The notes under the pieces are model-generated. The model did not search any database. It was not told where the DNA came from and saw nothing but the letters and a program-made list of their open reading frames with translations. The translations under genes and the position numbers were made by a program. A stretch of DNA of 64,000 nt from a bacterium (GTDB taxonomy: Bacteria > Bacillota > Clostridia > Christensenellales > CAG-138), in contig CAVIJJ010000003.1 of the NCBI GenBank assembly GCA_963643205.1, forward strand, positions 12,055 to 76,054, in the 5' to 3' direction. How positions within the stretch are numbered: the stretch's first letter is position 1; each line of letters opens with the position of its first letter. This document shows, one piece after another, positions 7,389-17,072 of the stretch.

Positions 7389-8468
7389 TTGGGTAAAAAA
7401 ATAGCCCGTATCGTTATAGCGGTAGCGGGTGCCGTCATAGGCCTTGCGCTTACGGCGGGAGTGGACAGAGTGCTGGCGATGATGAATCGCCTTCTTTTGC
7501 ACGAGGCAGTATATATTGCGGCGGCCATTTTATCAGCAATCATATTTTATATTTTATCTCCCCGCATAATAGAGCTGTTTTCGCGCTTAGTGGGCGGAAT
7601 TGAGGCCAGGATGAGCAACATGTCCCTTTCGGACATAATGCTTGGCGCTTTCGGGCTTATAGTGGGCCTTCTTATAGCGCTGCTGCTCAGCACGCTTACG
7701 TCAAGCCTGCCGGGACTTTTGGCGTTTATAATAAACGCCGTCCTTTACTGCACGTTTGGCTACCTTGGCTGCGCGCTTGTGCTTAAGCGCAGGGGCGAAA
7801 TAAATTTTCCATCGTGGTTTCATCGCCCGGGCAAGGCCGGCAAATCTTCGTCCGCGGCTTCAGTCTCCGGCGCGAGGCCGAAGGTTTTGGACACGTCCGT
7901 TATAATAGACGGGCGCATTGCCGATATATGCCAAACCGGCATGCTTGAAGGGCAGCTTATAGTGCCGGCTTTTGTGCTGGCGGAGCTTAGGCACATAGCG
8001 GACAGCGCGGACACGCTTAAGCGCAACCGCGGCAGGCGCGGGCTGGACATACTCAACCGCATGCAGAAGGAGCAGAACATTCCCATAAAGGTTGTGGATA
8101 CCGATTACGAGGACATCGCGGAGGTTGACGCAAAGCTTATACGCCTGGCTTATGACATGGGCGGCGTGGTTGTTACAAACGACTACAACCTTAATAAGGT
8201 AGCGGGCGTTCAGCGGGTACCCGTATTCAACATAAACGAGCTTGCCAATGCCCTTAAGCCCATGGTGCTTCCGGGCGAGGAAATGATGCTTACAATAGTA
8301 AAAGAGGGCAAGGAATACGGCCAGGGCGTAGGCTACTTAAACGACGGCACAATGATAGTTGTGGACGGCGGCAAGCGCTACATAGGCGAGGAAGTGGCGG
8401 TTATAGTAACAAGCGCGCTTCAGACCGCCGCCGGCAGGCTTATATTCGCGAAGCTTAAAGATTTATAA
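7389..8468 (+). CDS. yacL: PIN/TRAM domain membrane protein (YacL-like)
   Basis: N-terminal TM helices, a PIN domain (VLDTSVIIDGRI...) and a C-terminal TRAM-like beta domain. TTG start 8 nt after GGAGGA. The carD-yacL synteny is typical of Firmicutes. Confidence 0.8.
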   Translation: MGKKIARIVIAVAGAVIGLALTAGVDRVLAMMNRLLLHEAVYIAAAILSAIIFYILSPRIIELFSRLVGGIEARMSNMSLSDIMLGAFGLIVGLLIALLLSTLTSSLPGLLAFIINAVLYCTFGYLGCALVLKRRGEINFPSWFHRPGKAGKSSSAASVSGARPKVLDTSVIIDGRIADICQTGMLEGQLIVPAFVLAELRHIADSADTLKRNRGRRGLDILNRMQKEQNIPIKVVDTDYEDIAEVDAKLIRLAYDMGGVVVTNDYNLNKVAGVQRVPVFNINELANALKPMVLPGEEMMLTIVKEGKEYGQGVGYLNDGTMIVVDGGKRYIGEEVAVIVTSALQTAAGRLIFAKLKDL

Positions 8469-8491
8469 AAATAAATAAAAGAAGGTGCAGC

Positions 8492-10189
8492 ATGAGGCAA
8501 AGTGAACTTATACGCGCGGCATACGAGGGCAAAAACACGCTGGTTATAAAAAACGCCAACGTTGTTAACGTGTTTACGAACGAAATCGTTCACGCGGACG
8601 TTGCCGTATATGAGGACGTTATAATAGGCGTTGGGTCATTTAGCGGAGAAAACGAGATAGACGCCGAGGGGGCGTATCTCGCGCCGGGCTTTATAGACGC
8701 GCATGTGCACATAGAAAGCAGCATGGTTATACCTTCCTCCTTTATGAAGGTTATAATGCCGCACGGCACCACAACCGTTATAGCCGACCCGCACGAGATA
8801 GCGAACGTTGCGGGAGTGGCCGGCATAAGGGCCATGTATAAGCTTACGGACGATCTGCCGCTGAGGGTGCTTTTCATGCTTCCCTCCTGCGTGCCGGCAA
8901 CCCCGTTTGAGCACAGCGGCGCAAAGCTTGTGGCGGAGGATATGGAGCAGTTTATGCGCAAAAGCCGCATACTCGGCTTGGGCGAAGTTATGGACGCGAA
9001 CAGCGTTATAAACTGCAGTCAGGAGATGCTTGATAAGCTTAGGCTTTTTGACAAGCGCCCCATAGACGGCCACGCTCCTCTGCTCAGCGGCATGGGGCTT
9101 AACGCTTACCGCGTGGCCGGGGCGTTCAGCGACCACGAATGCTCAACCTATGAAGAGGTTAAGGAAAAGCTTGCCACAGGTATGAACATACTGCTTAGAA
9201 TCGGCAGCGCCGCCAACAATATGGACGACGTTATGCGACGCATAGCCGAAGAAAAGCTGCCCACCGAAAACATGATGTTCTGCACGGACGACAAGCACAT
9301 AGAGGATATAAGGAGCAAGGGCCACATAAACGCTAACGCGCGCATGGCCGTTGCCGCGGGTATAGACCCGATAGAGGCTATAAAAATGGCCTCCTACAAC
9401 GCCGCCCGTGCCTACGGCATAAAGGGAATAGGCGCCATAGCCCCGGGCTACAAGGCGGACATGGTTCTGCTTGAGGATCTTAAGGACTTTAAGGTTAAGC
9501 AGGTTATAACCCGCTTTGGCGTGCCTTACAGCGGCGATGAGCCCATACCCTCCCCCATACTTCCCCCGCAGGTATTCAACAGCGTGCGCCTGCCGGAAAT
9601 CACAAAGGAAAATCTCGCGCTTAAGTGCCATGTAAGCGCGCCGGTTATAAAAATGCTGCCTCATCAGCTTGTGACGGAGCTTGTATACAGGGATGTGCAG
9701 CGCGATGAGGACGGCTGTTTTGTGCCCGGTAACGGCTTAATAAAGCTTGCCGTAATAGAACGCCACCACGCTACCGGCAATATCGGCCTTGGCATACTTG
9801 AAGGGCTTGGGCTTAAGCACGGCGCCGTAGCGGCTACCGTTGCGCACGACAGCCACAATTTGGTGGTTGCCGGCGATAATGACGAGGATATGCTTATGGC
9901 GATAGAGTCGCTTAGGGAATGCGGCGGCGGATACAGCGTTGTAAGCCGCGGCGTGGTTCTGGCGAGACTCCCCCTGCCCATAGCCGGCCTTATGACGGAC
10001 GCGCCCGTGAACGAGGTGCTTGAAATTCAGCAGGCGCTGCTTGAGGCGCTTTACAGCCTGGGTACCAAGCGGGACAGCGATCCGCTTATAGCTCTCTCCT
10101 TTATGGCTCTGCCGGTAATACCGGCGGTCAAGCTTACGGACGAGGGACTTTTTGACGCGGTAAATTTCAAATTTATAAAATATAATTAA
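8492..10189 (+). CDS. ade: adenine deaminase
   Basis: 565 aa with GFIDAHVHIESS metal-binding motif and the length and architecture of the Ade family. Confidence 0.85.
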   Translation: MRQSELIRAAYEGKNTLVIKNANVVNVFTNEIVHADVAVYEDVIIGVGSFSGENEIDAEGAYLAPGFIDAHVHIESSMVIPSSFMKVIMPHGTTTVIADPHEIANVAGVAGIRAMYKLTDDLPLRVLFMLPSCVPATPFEHSGAKLVAEDMEQFMRKSRILGLGEVMDANSVINCSQEMLDKLRLFDKRPIDGHAPLLSGMGLNAYRVAGAFSDHECSTYEEVKEKLATGMNILLRIGSAANNMDDVMRRIAEEKLPTENMMFCTDDKHIEDIRSKGHINANARMAVAAGIDPIEAIKMASYNAARAYGIKGIGAIAPGYKADMVLLEDLKDFKVKQVITRFGVPYSGDEPIPSPILPPQVFNSVRLPEITKENLALKCHVSAPVIKMLPHQLVTELVYRDVQRDEDGCFVPGNGLIKLAVIERHHATGNIGLGILEGLGLKHGAVAATVAHDSHNLVVAGDNDEDMLMAIESLRECGGGYSVVSRGVVLARLPLPIAGLMTDAPVNEVLEIQQALLEALYSLGTKRDSDPLIALSFMALPVIPAVKLTDEGLFDAVNFKFIKYN

Positions 10190-10219
10190 AGCCGCTTCCG
10201 GCGGAAAGGAGCTTGCCCA

Positions 10220-12508
10220 ATGGGCGTTATAGGACAAAGCGTAACGCGCGTGGACGCGCCTGACAAGGTTACGGGCCGCGCGAAATACACGGACGATCTT
10301 GCCGACCGCTCCGCGCTGATAGCCAAAATACTTCATTCAACCATTGCTCACGGCTACGTAAAAAGCATTGATATTTCGGAGGCCGAGAAAGTAAACGGCG
10401 TTGTAAAAATTGTAACCTGCTTTGACGTACCCAATATACCCTTCCCCACGGCGGGACACCCCTGGAGCACGGATCCGCATCATCAGGATGTTGCGGACAG
10501 GCTGCTTCTTAATCGCCATGTACGCTACTACGGCGATGAAATAGCGGCGGTTATAGCGCGCGACGAAGTGAGCGCCGCCCAGGCGATACGCGCCATTAAG
10601 GTTGAATACGAAACGCTGCCGTTTGTGCTGGACCCGATAGAGGCCATGCAGGACGGCGCGCCGCAGGTTCACGAGGAACGTGATCACAACATACTCGCCC
10701 ACACATCTTATGAGGACGGCGACTATGAGGAGGCCATAAAGGAGCCGGGCCTTATAGTTATAGACAAGTGGTACAATACCCCCACCGTTCAGCACTGCCA
10801 CATAGAAAACCACATATGCTTCGCCTACGAGGAAGCGAACAAAATAAACGTTGTAAGCTCCACGCAGATACCGCACATTGTGCGCCGAATTGTCGGCCAG
10901 GCGCTTGGGCGCGACTGGGGCAGCGTGCGCATAGTAAAGCCCTATATAGGCGGCGGCTTCGGCAACAAGCAGGACGCTCTTTATGAGCCGCTCTGCGCCT
11001 ATCTTTCAACGGTTGTTGGCGGCAGGCTTGTTAAGCTTGACGTAAGCCGAGAGGAAACATTTGTAAGCAACCGTGTACGCCACGCGATAAGATACCACAT
11101 TATTTCGCACGTTCGTCCGGACGGCACGTTTGTCGCCGGCAGGCTTTGGGCCTATTCCAACCAGGGCGCTTACGCGAGCCACGGCCACAGCATCTGCGCC
11201 AAGGGCGCTGGCGCGTTCAGGCAGCTTTACCGCTACCGCAACGCCTGCAAGGGAGACGCCTACACAATTTATACAAACATGCCCACGGCGGGCGCAATGC
11301 GCGGCTACGGCATTCCGCAGATGATGTTCGCTATGGAAAGCCACGTGGACGACATAGCGAAAAGGCTGAACATACCCCCGCTTAAGCTTAGGCAAATGAA
11401 CCTGATGGAGGTTGGTTACAAGGACGAATTCTCCAAAAACGAAAACTATTTCGACAGCTTTAATCAGTGCATAGCCAAGGGCATGGAGTATATTGACTAC
11501 GAGCGCAAGCTTGAGGAATATTCCCACGATACCGGCCCCATCCGCCGCGGCGTAGGCATGGCCGTGTTCTGGTACAACACCGCCGTATGGCCAATATCGC
11601 TTGAAAGCTCCTCCTGCCGCATGGTGCTCAATCAGGATGGCTCCGTGCAGCTTCAGCTTGCCGAAACCGAAATAGGTCAGGGCGCGGACACGGCATTCAG
11701 CCAGATGGCGGCGGACGAATTAAGCCTGCCGCTTGAAAAGGTTCACATTATATCCGCCCAGGACACGGACGTTACCCCCTTCGGCACCGGCGCTTACGCC
11801 AGCCGCCAAACGTACGTGGGCGGTTTTGCCGTGCAGCAGACGGCGCGCCTGCTTAAGGAGCGCATACTCAACTACGCCCACGAGCTTACCCGCATGACGG
11901 TTCATAATTTGGACCTTGAGGACGGCTACATTATAAACGTAAATAATCACAGGCAGCTTTTAAGCCTTAAAGAGCTTGCCACAACCGCGCTTTACAGCCT
12001 GGAGCACAGCCAGCATATTACGGCCGAAAGTACCTACCAGATAAAGTCAAACGCGTATTCGTTCGGCTGCTCCTTCGCGGAGGTGGAGGTTGATATTCCC
12101 CTTTGCAAGGTAAAGCTTGTGAATATTATAAATGTGCACGACTGCGGCAGGCTTATAAACCCCGCGCTCGCGGCGGCGCAGGTACACGGCGGCATGAGCA
12201 TGGCCATAGGCTACGGGCTTAGCGAGCAGCTGCTTTTTGACAAGAAGACAGGCCGCGCGCTTAACAACAACCTGCTCGACTACAAGATTTCAACCATGAT
12301 GGACCATCCGCACCTTGAAGCGCAGTTTGTGGAAAACTATGAGCCCACAAGCGCATACGGCACAAAGGCGCTTGGCGAGCCGCCCGCGACAAGCGGCGCC
12401 CCCGCCATAAGAAACGCCGTGCTTAACGCAACAGGCGTGGAAATAGACTCCGCTCCCCTTACGCCGCACATTCTGTTTGAGCGGTTCCGTGAGGAAGGGC
12501 TTATATAA
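10220..12508 (+). CDS. xdhA: xanthine dehydrogenase family, molybdopterin-binding large subunit
   Basis: 762 aa. N-terminal Ald_Xan_dh_C region (KVTGRAKYTDD) and a GGGFGNK motif; about the size of E. coli XdhA. Confidence 0.9.
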   Translation: MGVIGQSVTRVDAPDKVTGRAKYTDDLADRSALIAKILHSTIAHGYVKSIDISEAEKVNGVVKIVTCFDVPNIPFPTAGHPWSTDPHHQDVADRLLLNRHVRYYGDEIAAVIARDEVSAAQAIRAIKVEYETLPFVLDPIEAMQDGAPQVHEERDHNILAHTSYEDGDYEEAIKEPGLIVIDKWYNTPTVQHCHIENHICFAYEEANKINVVSSTQIPHIVRRIVGQALGRDWGSVRIVKPYIGGGFGNKQDALYEPLCAYLSTVVGGRLVKLDVSREETFVSNRVRHAIRYHIISHVRPDGTFVAGRLWAYSNQGAYASHGHSICAKGAGAFRQLYRYRNACKGDAYTIYTNMPTAGAMRGYGIPQMMFAMESHVDDIAKRLNIPPLKLRQMNLMEVGYKDEFSKNENYFDSFNQCIAKGMEYIDYERKLEEYSHDTGPIRRGVGMAVFWYNTAVWPISLESSSCRMVLNQDGSVQLQLAETEIGQGADTAFSQMAADELSLPLEKVHIISAQDTDVTPFGTGAYASRQTYVGGFAVQQTARLLKERILNYAHELTRMTVHNLDLEDGYIINVNNHRQLLSLKELATTALYSLEHSQHITAESTYQIKSNAYSFGCSFAEVEVDIPLCKVKLVNIINVHDCGRLINPALAAAQVHGGMSMAIGYGLSEQLLFDKKTGRALNNNLLDYKISTMMDHPHLEAQFVENYEPTSAYGTKALGEPPATSGAPAIRNAVLNATGVEIDSAPLTPHILFERFREEGLI

Positions 12509-12525
12509 AGGAGGTCACATAAAAT

Positions 12526-13407
12526 ATGTATGATATAAAGGCGCTGTATGAGGCAAGCAGCGTAAAAGAAGCGATAGAGCTTATGCAGCAGCATCCGCAG
12601 GCGAAGATAATAGCCGGCGGAAGCGACGTGCTTATAAAGCTGCGCGAGGGTAAGCTTGCCGGATGCGAACTTGTAAGCATATACGGCATAGACGCGCTGC
12701 GCGGCATAAGCCTTGACGAGGACGGCACGCTGAGAATACTGCCGCTTACAAGCTTTTCGCACATAACGAAGAACGACCTTATAAATGAGCACATAAAGGT
12801 TCTGGGCGAGGCTGTGGACATGGTAGGCGGCCCGCAGATAAGAAACATAGGCACAATAGGCGGCAACATATCAAACGGCGTAACGAGCGCGGACAGTTCA
12901 AGCACCCTGCACGCGTGGGACGCGATAGTTGAGCTTACGTCCGCGGACGGAGTAAGGCAGCTGCCCATAAAGGAATACTACGTAAGCGCGGGCAAGGTTG
13001 CCCTGCGCCCGGCGGAGCTGCTTACGGCCATACTTATTCCAAAGAAGAGCTATTCAGGCTACAAGGGGCACTATATAAAATACGCCATGCGAAACGCCAT
13101 GGATATAGCCACCCTGGGCTGTTCTGTAAACGCGAAGCTGAGCGAGGACAAAAAAACAATTGTTGACGCGCGCATAGCCTACGGCGTTGCGGGTCCCGTT
13201 CCCATGCGGGCACCGAGCGCGGAGGAAGCGGCCCGCGGCAAAGAGGTTTGCCAGGCAACGATAGACGCGTTTGCCGATGCCGCGTTGGGCGACATAAACC
13301 CCAGAGACAGCTGGCGCGCCAGCCGCGATTTCAGGCTGCATATAGCGCACGAGCTTGCAAAGCGCGCGCTTAGCGAATCGATACGCCTTTCGGGAGGTGA
13401 ACTGTAA
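12526..13407 (+). CDS. xdhB: xanthine dehydrogenase FAD-binding subunit
   Basis: 293 aa FAD_binding_5/CO-dehydrogenase flavoprotein type (IIAGGSDVLIKL, GNISNG). Confidence 0.9.
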   Translation: MYDIKALYEASSVKEAIELMQQHPQAKIIAGGSDVLIKLREGKLAGCELVSIYGIDALRGISLDEDGTLRILPLTSFSHITKNDLINEHIKVLGEAVDMVGGPQIRNIGTIGGNISNGVTSADSSSTLHAWDAIVELTSADGVRQLPIKEYYVSAGKVALRPAELLTAILIPKKSYSGYKGHYIKYAMRNAMDIATLGCSVNAKLSEDKKTIVDARIAYGVAGPVPMRAPSAEEAARGKEVCQATIDAFADAALGDINPRDSWRASRDFRLHIAHELAKRALSESIRLSGGEL

Positions 13408-13904
13408 TGAGCCAGACGAAGCTTATTAAATGCACGATAAACGGCGAATATGTTGAAAAAATGATAGACGTTCGCGCCTCCCTTACGGATATGCTGAGGA
13501 ACGATTTTCGCCTTACGTCCGTTAAAAAGGGCTGCGAGGTTGGCGAATGCGGAGCGTGCAACGTTATAATAGACGGCGAATGCTTTAACTCCTGCATTTA
13601 CCTTGCCGTTTGGGCGGACGGCAAGAATATACGCACGCTTGAAAGCCTGCTTGGCCCCAACGGCGAGCTTTCGGATATTCAGCAGGCGTTTGTGGACGAG
13701 GCCGCCGTGCAGTGCGGTTTCTGCACCCCCGGCTTCATAATGACGGCCGTGGAAATACTTGAAAGCGGCCGCCGCTACACGCGCGACGAGCTCAGAAAGC
13801 TTTTAAGCGGGCATCTTTGCCGCTGCACCGGATATGAAAACATACTCAACGCGGTTGAGAAAACCATGAACAAAAGGCTTAGCGAGAAAGAGAGCGCAAA
13901 GTAA
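13407..13904 (+). CDS. xdhC: xanthine dehydrogenase [2Fe-2S] subunit
   Basis: 165 aa with both 2Fe-2S motifs (GCEVGECGACNV; CGFCTPG...CRCTGY). Its start overlaps the xdhB stop by 1 nt. Confidence 0.9.
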   Translation: MSQTKLIKCTINGEYVEKMIDVRASLTDMLRNDFRLTSVKKGCEVGECGACNVIIDGECFNSCIYLAVWADGKNIRTLESLLGPNGELSDIQQAFVDEAAVQCGFCTPGFIMTAVEILESGRRYTRDELRKLLSGHLCRCTGYENILNAVEKTMNKRLSEKESAK

Positions 13905-14456
13905 ATGTATCAGCAAAACGCGCAAAGGCCGGGCGGATCATCAAAGGGCCTTGATACCGCGCTGATTATAATATTTATAGTAATTGTGCTTTTCGCGCGG
14001 GAAATTTCAAACGTAGCGTCAAGCCTGCCCTCCCCCTTAAACGTGATTGTGCAGATATTCCTGCTGGGCGCGATAGTGGGCGTGCTGCTTTGGGTTTATG
14101 AAAAGCGCATAAGCACATTCCGCTACACGGTGGTGTACGATCCCTATGCCAAGGAGGAAGGCGACGAAAGCACAGAGCCTCTGCCCTATAAAAAAGGCAC
14201 GCTTATGTTTGAGCGCATGGTCGCGGACAAGGGAAAGCTTGTTGAGTGCGTTACAAGGGACGAATTCGTAGCCCTTATGAAGCCCGGTGAAAAATACGGC
14301 GAGGGCATATCGTTCCTGCGCGCAAGCAGCCTGAGCACCGCCAAATGCGAAGAGTCATACACGCTTATATTCCGCCGCTCCGGCAAGCTGTACAGCATTA
14401 TGTTCGCGCCGGACGAGGAGTTTTTGAGGCGGCTTGACGAGGCCATGGAAGGCTGA
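13905..14456 (+). CDS. hypothetical 2-TM membrane protein, translationally abutting the xdh operon
   Basis: The ATG follows directly after the TAA of the 2Fe-2S subunit gene. Two N-terminal hydrophobic helices precede a soluble domain of about 110 aa. I recognise no family. Confidence 0.55.
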   Translation: MYQQNAQRPGGSSKGLDTALIIIFIVIVLFAREISNVASSLPSPLNVIVQIFLLGAIVGVLLWVYEKRISTFRYTVVYDPYAKEEGDESTEPLPYKKGTLMFERMVADKGKLVECVTRDEFVALMKPGEKYGEGISFLRASSLSTAKCEESYTLIFRRSGKLYSIMFAPDEEFLRRLDEAMEG

Positions 14457-14473
14457 ACAAATAGAATATAAAA

Positions 14474-14505
14474 CAAGACCCGTCTTTTCAGGCGGGTCTT
14501 ATTTA
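14474..14505. terminator. bidirectional terminator between the xdh and glg operons
   Basis: AGACCCG / CGGGTCT stem with flanking A-rich and T-rich runs. Confidence 0.7.
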
Positions 14506-14513
14506 TGTTTAGC

Positions 14514-15938
14514 TCAGTAAAGCTCCATGTATTTCTTCGCGGGTTCTTCCCAGGAGAAGTTTTTGTTCATGCAGCGCTTCATAAGCTCTGCCCACTTTTG
14601 CTTATCCTTAAAGTCCGCTGCCGCGCGCTCCGCGGCGTAAAGAAGCTCGTGCGCGTTATAATCAACAAACGTGTAGCCGCAGCCGGTATCGTCCCCGCCG
14701 CACGCCGTTACGGTATCCTTAAGGCCGCCCGTTTCGCGAACTATTGGCACGGTGCCGTAGCGCATGGCTATAAGCTGCGAAAGTCCGCAGGGCTCAAACA
14801 GGCTCGGCATAAGGAAAATATCCGCGCCCGCGTAAATTCTTCTGGCGAGGGAATCGTTATACTCAAGCCTTGCCGCGATTTTGCCGGGATGAAGCTTTTC
14901 GGCGTATCTGAAAAGATTTTCGTACCTGCTTTCGCCTGTACCCAATACCACAAGCTGCATGGGAATATTTATTATTTCCTTAAGCACGCGCTCCACAAGG
15001 TCCAGTCCCTTTTGCCCGGTAAGGCGGGAAACTATGGCCGCAACGGGTATATCCGCGTTTTGTTCAAGATCAAGCTCATTTTGAAGCGCCTGCTTGCACT
15101 TTGCCTTGCCGTCAATATTATCGGCGCAGTAGTTAGCGCGCAATGCCCCGTCCGTAAACGGATCAAAGCCTATCGTGTCTATGCCGTTTATAATGCCGCA
15201 AACATCGTCCGCGCGCTCCTTAAGCACGCCCTCAAGCGATTCGCCGTAAAACTTGGTCATAATCTCGCGCGAATAGGTCGGGGACACGGTTGTTATCTTG
15301 TCCGCGTAAACAATGCCGCCCTTAAGATAGTTCACGTTGCCGTAAAACTCAAGCCTGTGCATATCAAACGCCGCGTCGCCCAGGGAGAGAAGCTCATCGC
15401 AAAAGCCGCGGTCAAACACGCCCTGAAAGCGCAGGTTATGTATTGTAAGCACGGTTTTTATGCGGGAATAAAACGGCATTTTGGCGTAATGCAGCTTCAG
15501 AAGCGCCGCCGCCATGGCTGTTTGCCAGTCGTTCAGGTGCAGCGCGTCGGGCATAAAGCCTATGCGGGGCAGCATTTCTATAATTGCCTTTGAGAAGAAG
15601 CCGAAGCGCTCCGCCTCATCGCAATTGAACACGCCGTATATATAATCCCGCCCGAAATAATACTGATTGTCTATAAAGTAATAGGTTATGCCGCGCTGGT
15701 TCAGCATTTCAACGCCGCAATATTGATTGCGCCAGCCAAGCTTAATATTAAAATCGCAAACGTGGTGCATATGCATACCGTAGCGCGCCTTAACGCGGGC
15801 GTAAAGCGGCAGCACAACCCTTATGTCCGCTCCCTCTTCCTTAAGCTGCAGCGGAAGCGCCGCGGCAACGTCCGCAAGGCCGCCCGTTTTTACAAACGGA
15901 GCGCACTCGCTTGCGGCAAAGAGTATTTTTTTGCTCAT
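14514..15938 (-). CDS. glgA: glycogen synthase (ADP-glucose type)
   Basis: MSKKILFAASECAPFVKTGGLADV is the canonical GlgA N-terminus; 474 aa. Confidence 0.95.
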   Translation of the reverse strand: MSKKILFAASECAPFVKTGGLADVAAALPLQLKEEGADIRVVLPLYARVKARYGMHMHHVCDFNIKLGWRNQYCGVEMLNQRGITYYFIDNQYYFGRDYIYGVFNCDEAERFGFFSKAIIEMLPRIGFMPDALHLNDWQTAMAAALLKLHYAKMPFYSRIKTVLTIHNLRFQGVFDRGFCDELLSLGDAAFDMHRLEFYGNVNYLKGGIVYADKITTVSPTYSREIMTKFYGESLEGVLKERADDVCGIINGIDTIGFDPFTDGALRANYCADNIDGKAKCKQALQNELDLEQNADIPVAAIVSRLTGQKGLDLVERVLKEIINIPMQLVVLGTGESRYENLFRYAEKLHPGKIAARLEYNDSLARRIYAGADIFLMPSLFEPCGLSQLIAMRYGTVPIVRETGGLKDTVTACGGDDTGCGYTFVDYNAHELLYAAERAAADFKDKQKWAELMKRCMNKNFSWEEPAKKYMELY

Positions 15939-17059
15939 ACAAGGGCTCCTTTCCTTATTGTTACCGGGAAGCCTTCGTAGCCCGCAAGGCGCCTGCCCGG
16001 GCGCACCTGCACGCCCTTATCGAGTATAACGTAATCAAGCGCGCAGCCCTCGCGTATTTCGCCGGCCTGCATCACTATGCAGTTTTTAAGCACGCTGCCG
16101 CGCCCTATATGCACGCCGCGGAAGAGTATGCAGTTTTCTATGCTGCCCTCTATTATGCATCCGTCCGCGACAAGGCTGTTTTTAACCTGCGCCTCGCTTC
16201 CGTAGCGAGCCGGTGCCTCGTCCTTAACCTTTGTGTATATGGGATGATCGGCATTGAAAAGGTCCGCCCGAACCTCCTGCTTAAAAAGATCCATATTGTG
16301 CTTAAAATAGCTTGAAACCGAGTCGAGCCTGGCTACGCAGCCATCGTAGCGGTAGCCGTTAATGCGAAGCGTTTTAATGTTTCTTACCAATACGTCCCGA
16401 ATAAAGTCCGTGTAAGCGTGGCTTGACGCGTCCTCTATAAGGTATTCAAGCATGCTCTTTTCCATTATGTAAACATCGCAGCTGCGGTAAGGGGACTTGG
16501 GCCTGTAAGGATCCACCTCAAGGTCCGTTACCCTGCCGCCCTCACCTATTGTAAGGCGAAGGTCATCGTAGCGCTCCGTTTCGCCCTCGTCATGCTCCTC
16601 GCTGTACATAAGGGTTATGTCCGCGCCGGACTCAATATGGCTTTTCAGCATGCCGTCGTATGTTGTGTTATATATCGTGTGGCTGCCGGTAAGTATAACG
16701 TAGCGCTGGGAGCTCCTTCTTATGTAGCCCATAACGGAGCGGATGGCGTCCACCGTGCCGCGGTAAAGGCCGGTATTATCCCTGGTTACAAACGGGGGCA
16801 GTATAAAAAGGCCGTCGCGCTTGCGGTGCAGATCCCATTCCTTGCCGCTGCCGAGATGATCCATAAGCGAATGGTAGTTCCTTTGCGCTATTATGCCAAC
16901 GTTTGTAACGCCGGTATTGACAAGGTTGCTCAGTATAAAGTCTATGCTGCGATACCTGCCGCCGAACGGCACCGCCGCTATGGAGCGGCTGTATGTAATA
17001 TCTCTTAGGCGGTTATTGGATTCGCCGGTGTATATAAGTCCGAATGCTTTTTCGTTCAT
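15935..17059 (-). CDS. glgD: glucose-1-phosphate adenylyltransferase, GlgD subunit
   Basis: 374 aa NTP-transferase-like protein lacking the GlgC GGxGxRL motif (has IYTGESNNRLRDIT...PFGGRYRSIDF). It sits between glgC and glgA, as in Firmicutes. Confidence 0.9.
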   Translation of the reverse strand: MNEKAFGLIYTGESNNRLRDITYSRSIAAVPFGGRYRSIDFILSNLVNTGVTNVGIIAQRNYHSLMDHLGSGKEWDLHRKRDGLFILPPFVTRDNTGLYRGTVDAIRSVMGYIRRSSQRYVILTGSHTIYNTTYDGMLKSHIESGADITLMYSEEHDEGETERYDDLRLTIGEGGRVTDLEVDPYRPKSPYRSCDVYIMEKSMLEYLIEDASSHAYTDFIRDVLVRNIKTLRINGYRYDGCVARLDSVSSYFKHNMDLFKQEVRADLFNADHPIYTKVKDEAPARYGSEAQVKNSLVADGCIIEGSIENCILFRGVHIGRGSVLKNCIVMQAGEIREGCALDYVILDKGVQVRPGRRLAGYEGFPVTIRKGALV

Positions 17060-17072
17060 GCCTTGCCTCCGT

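Noticed and set aside
10220-13904. Selenocysteine or stop-codon readthrough in the xanthine dehydrogenase genes, considered because purinolytic clostridial XDHs depend on selenium.
   Set aside because: All three ORFs are continuous with no in-frame TGA, and I noticed no SECIS-like hairpin. The selenium requirement of such enzymes is a labile cofactor ligand, not Sec.
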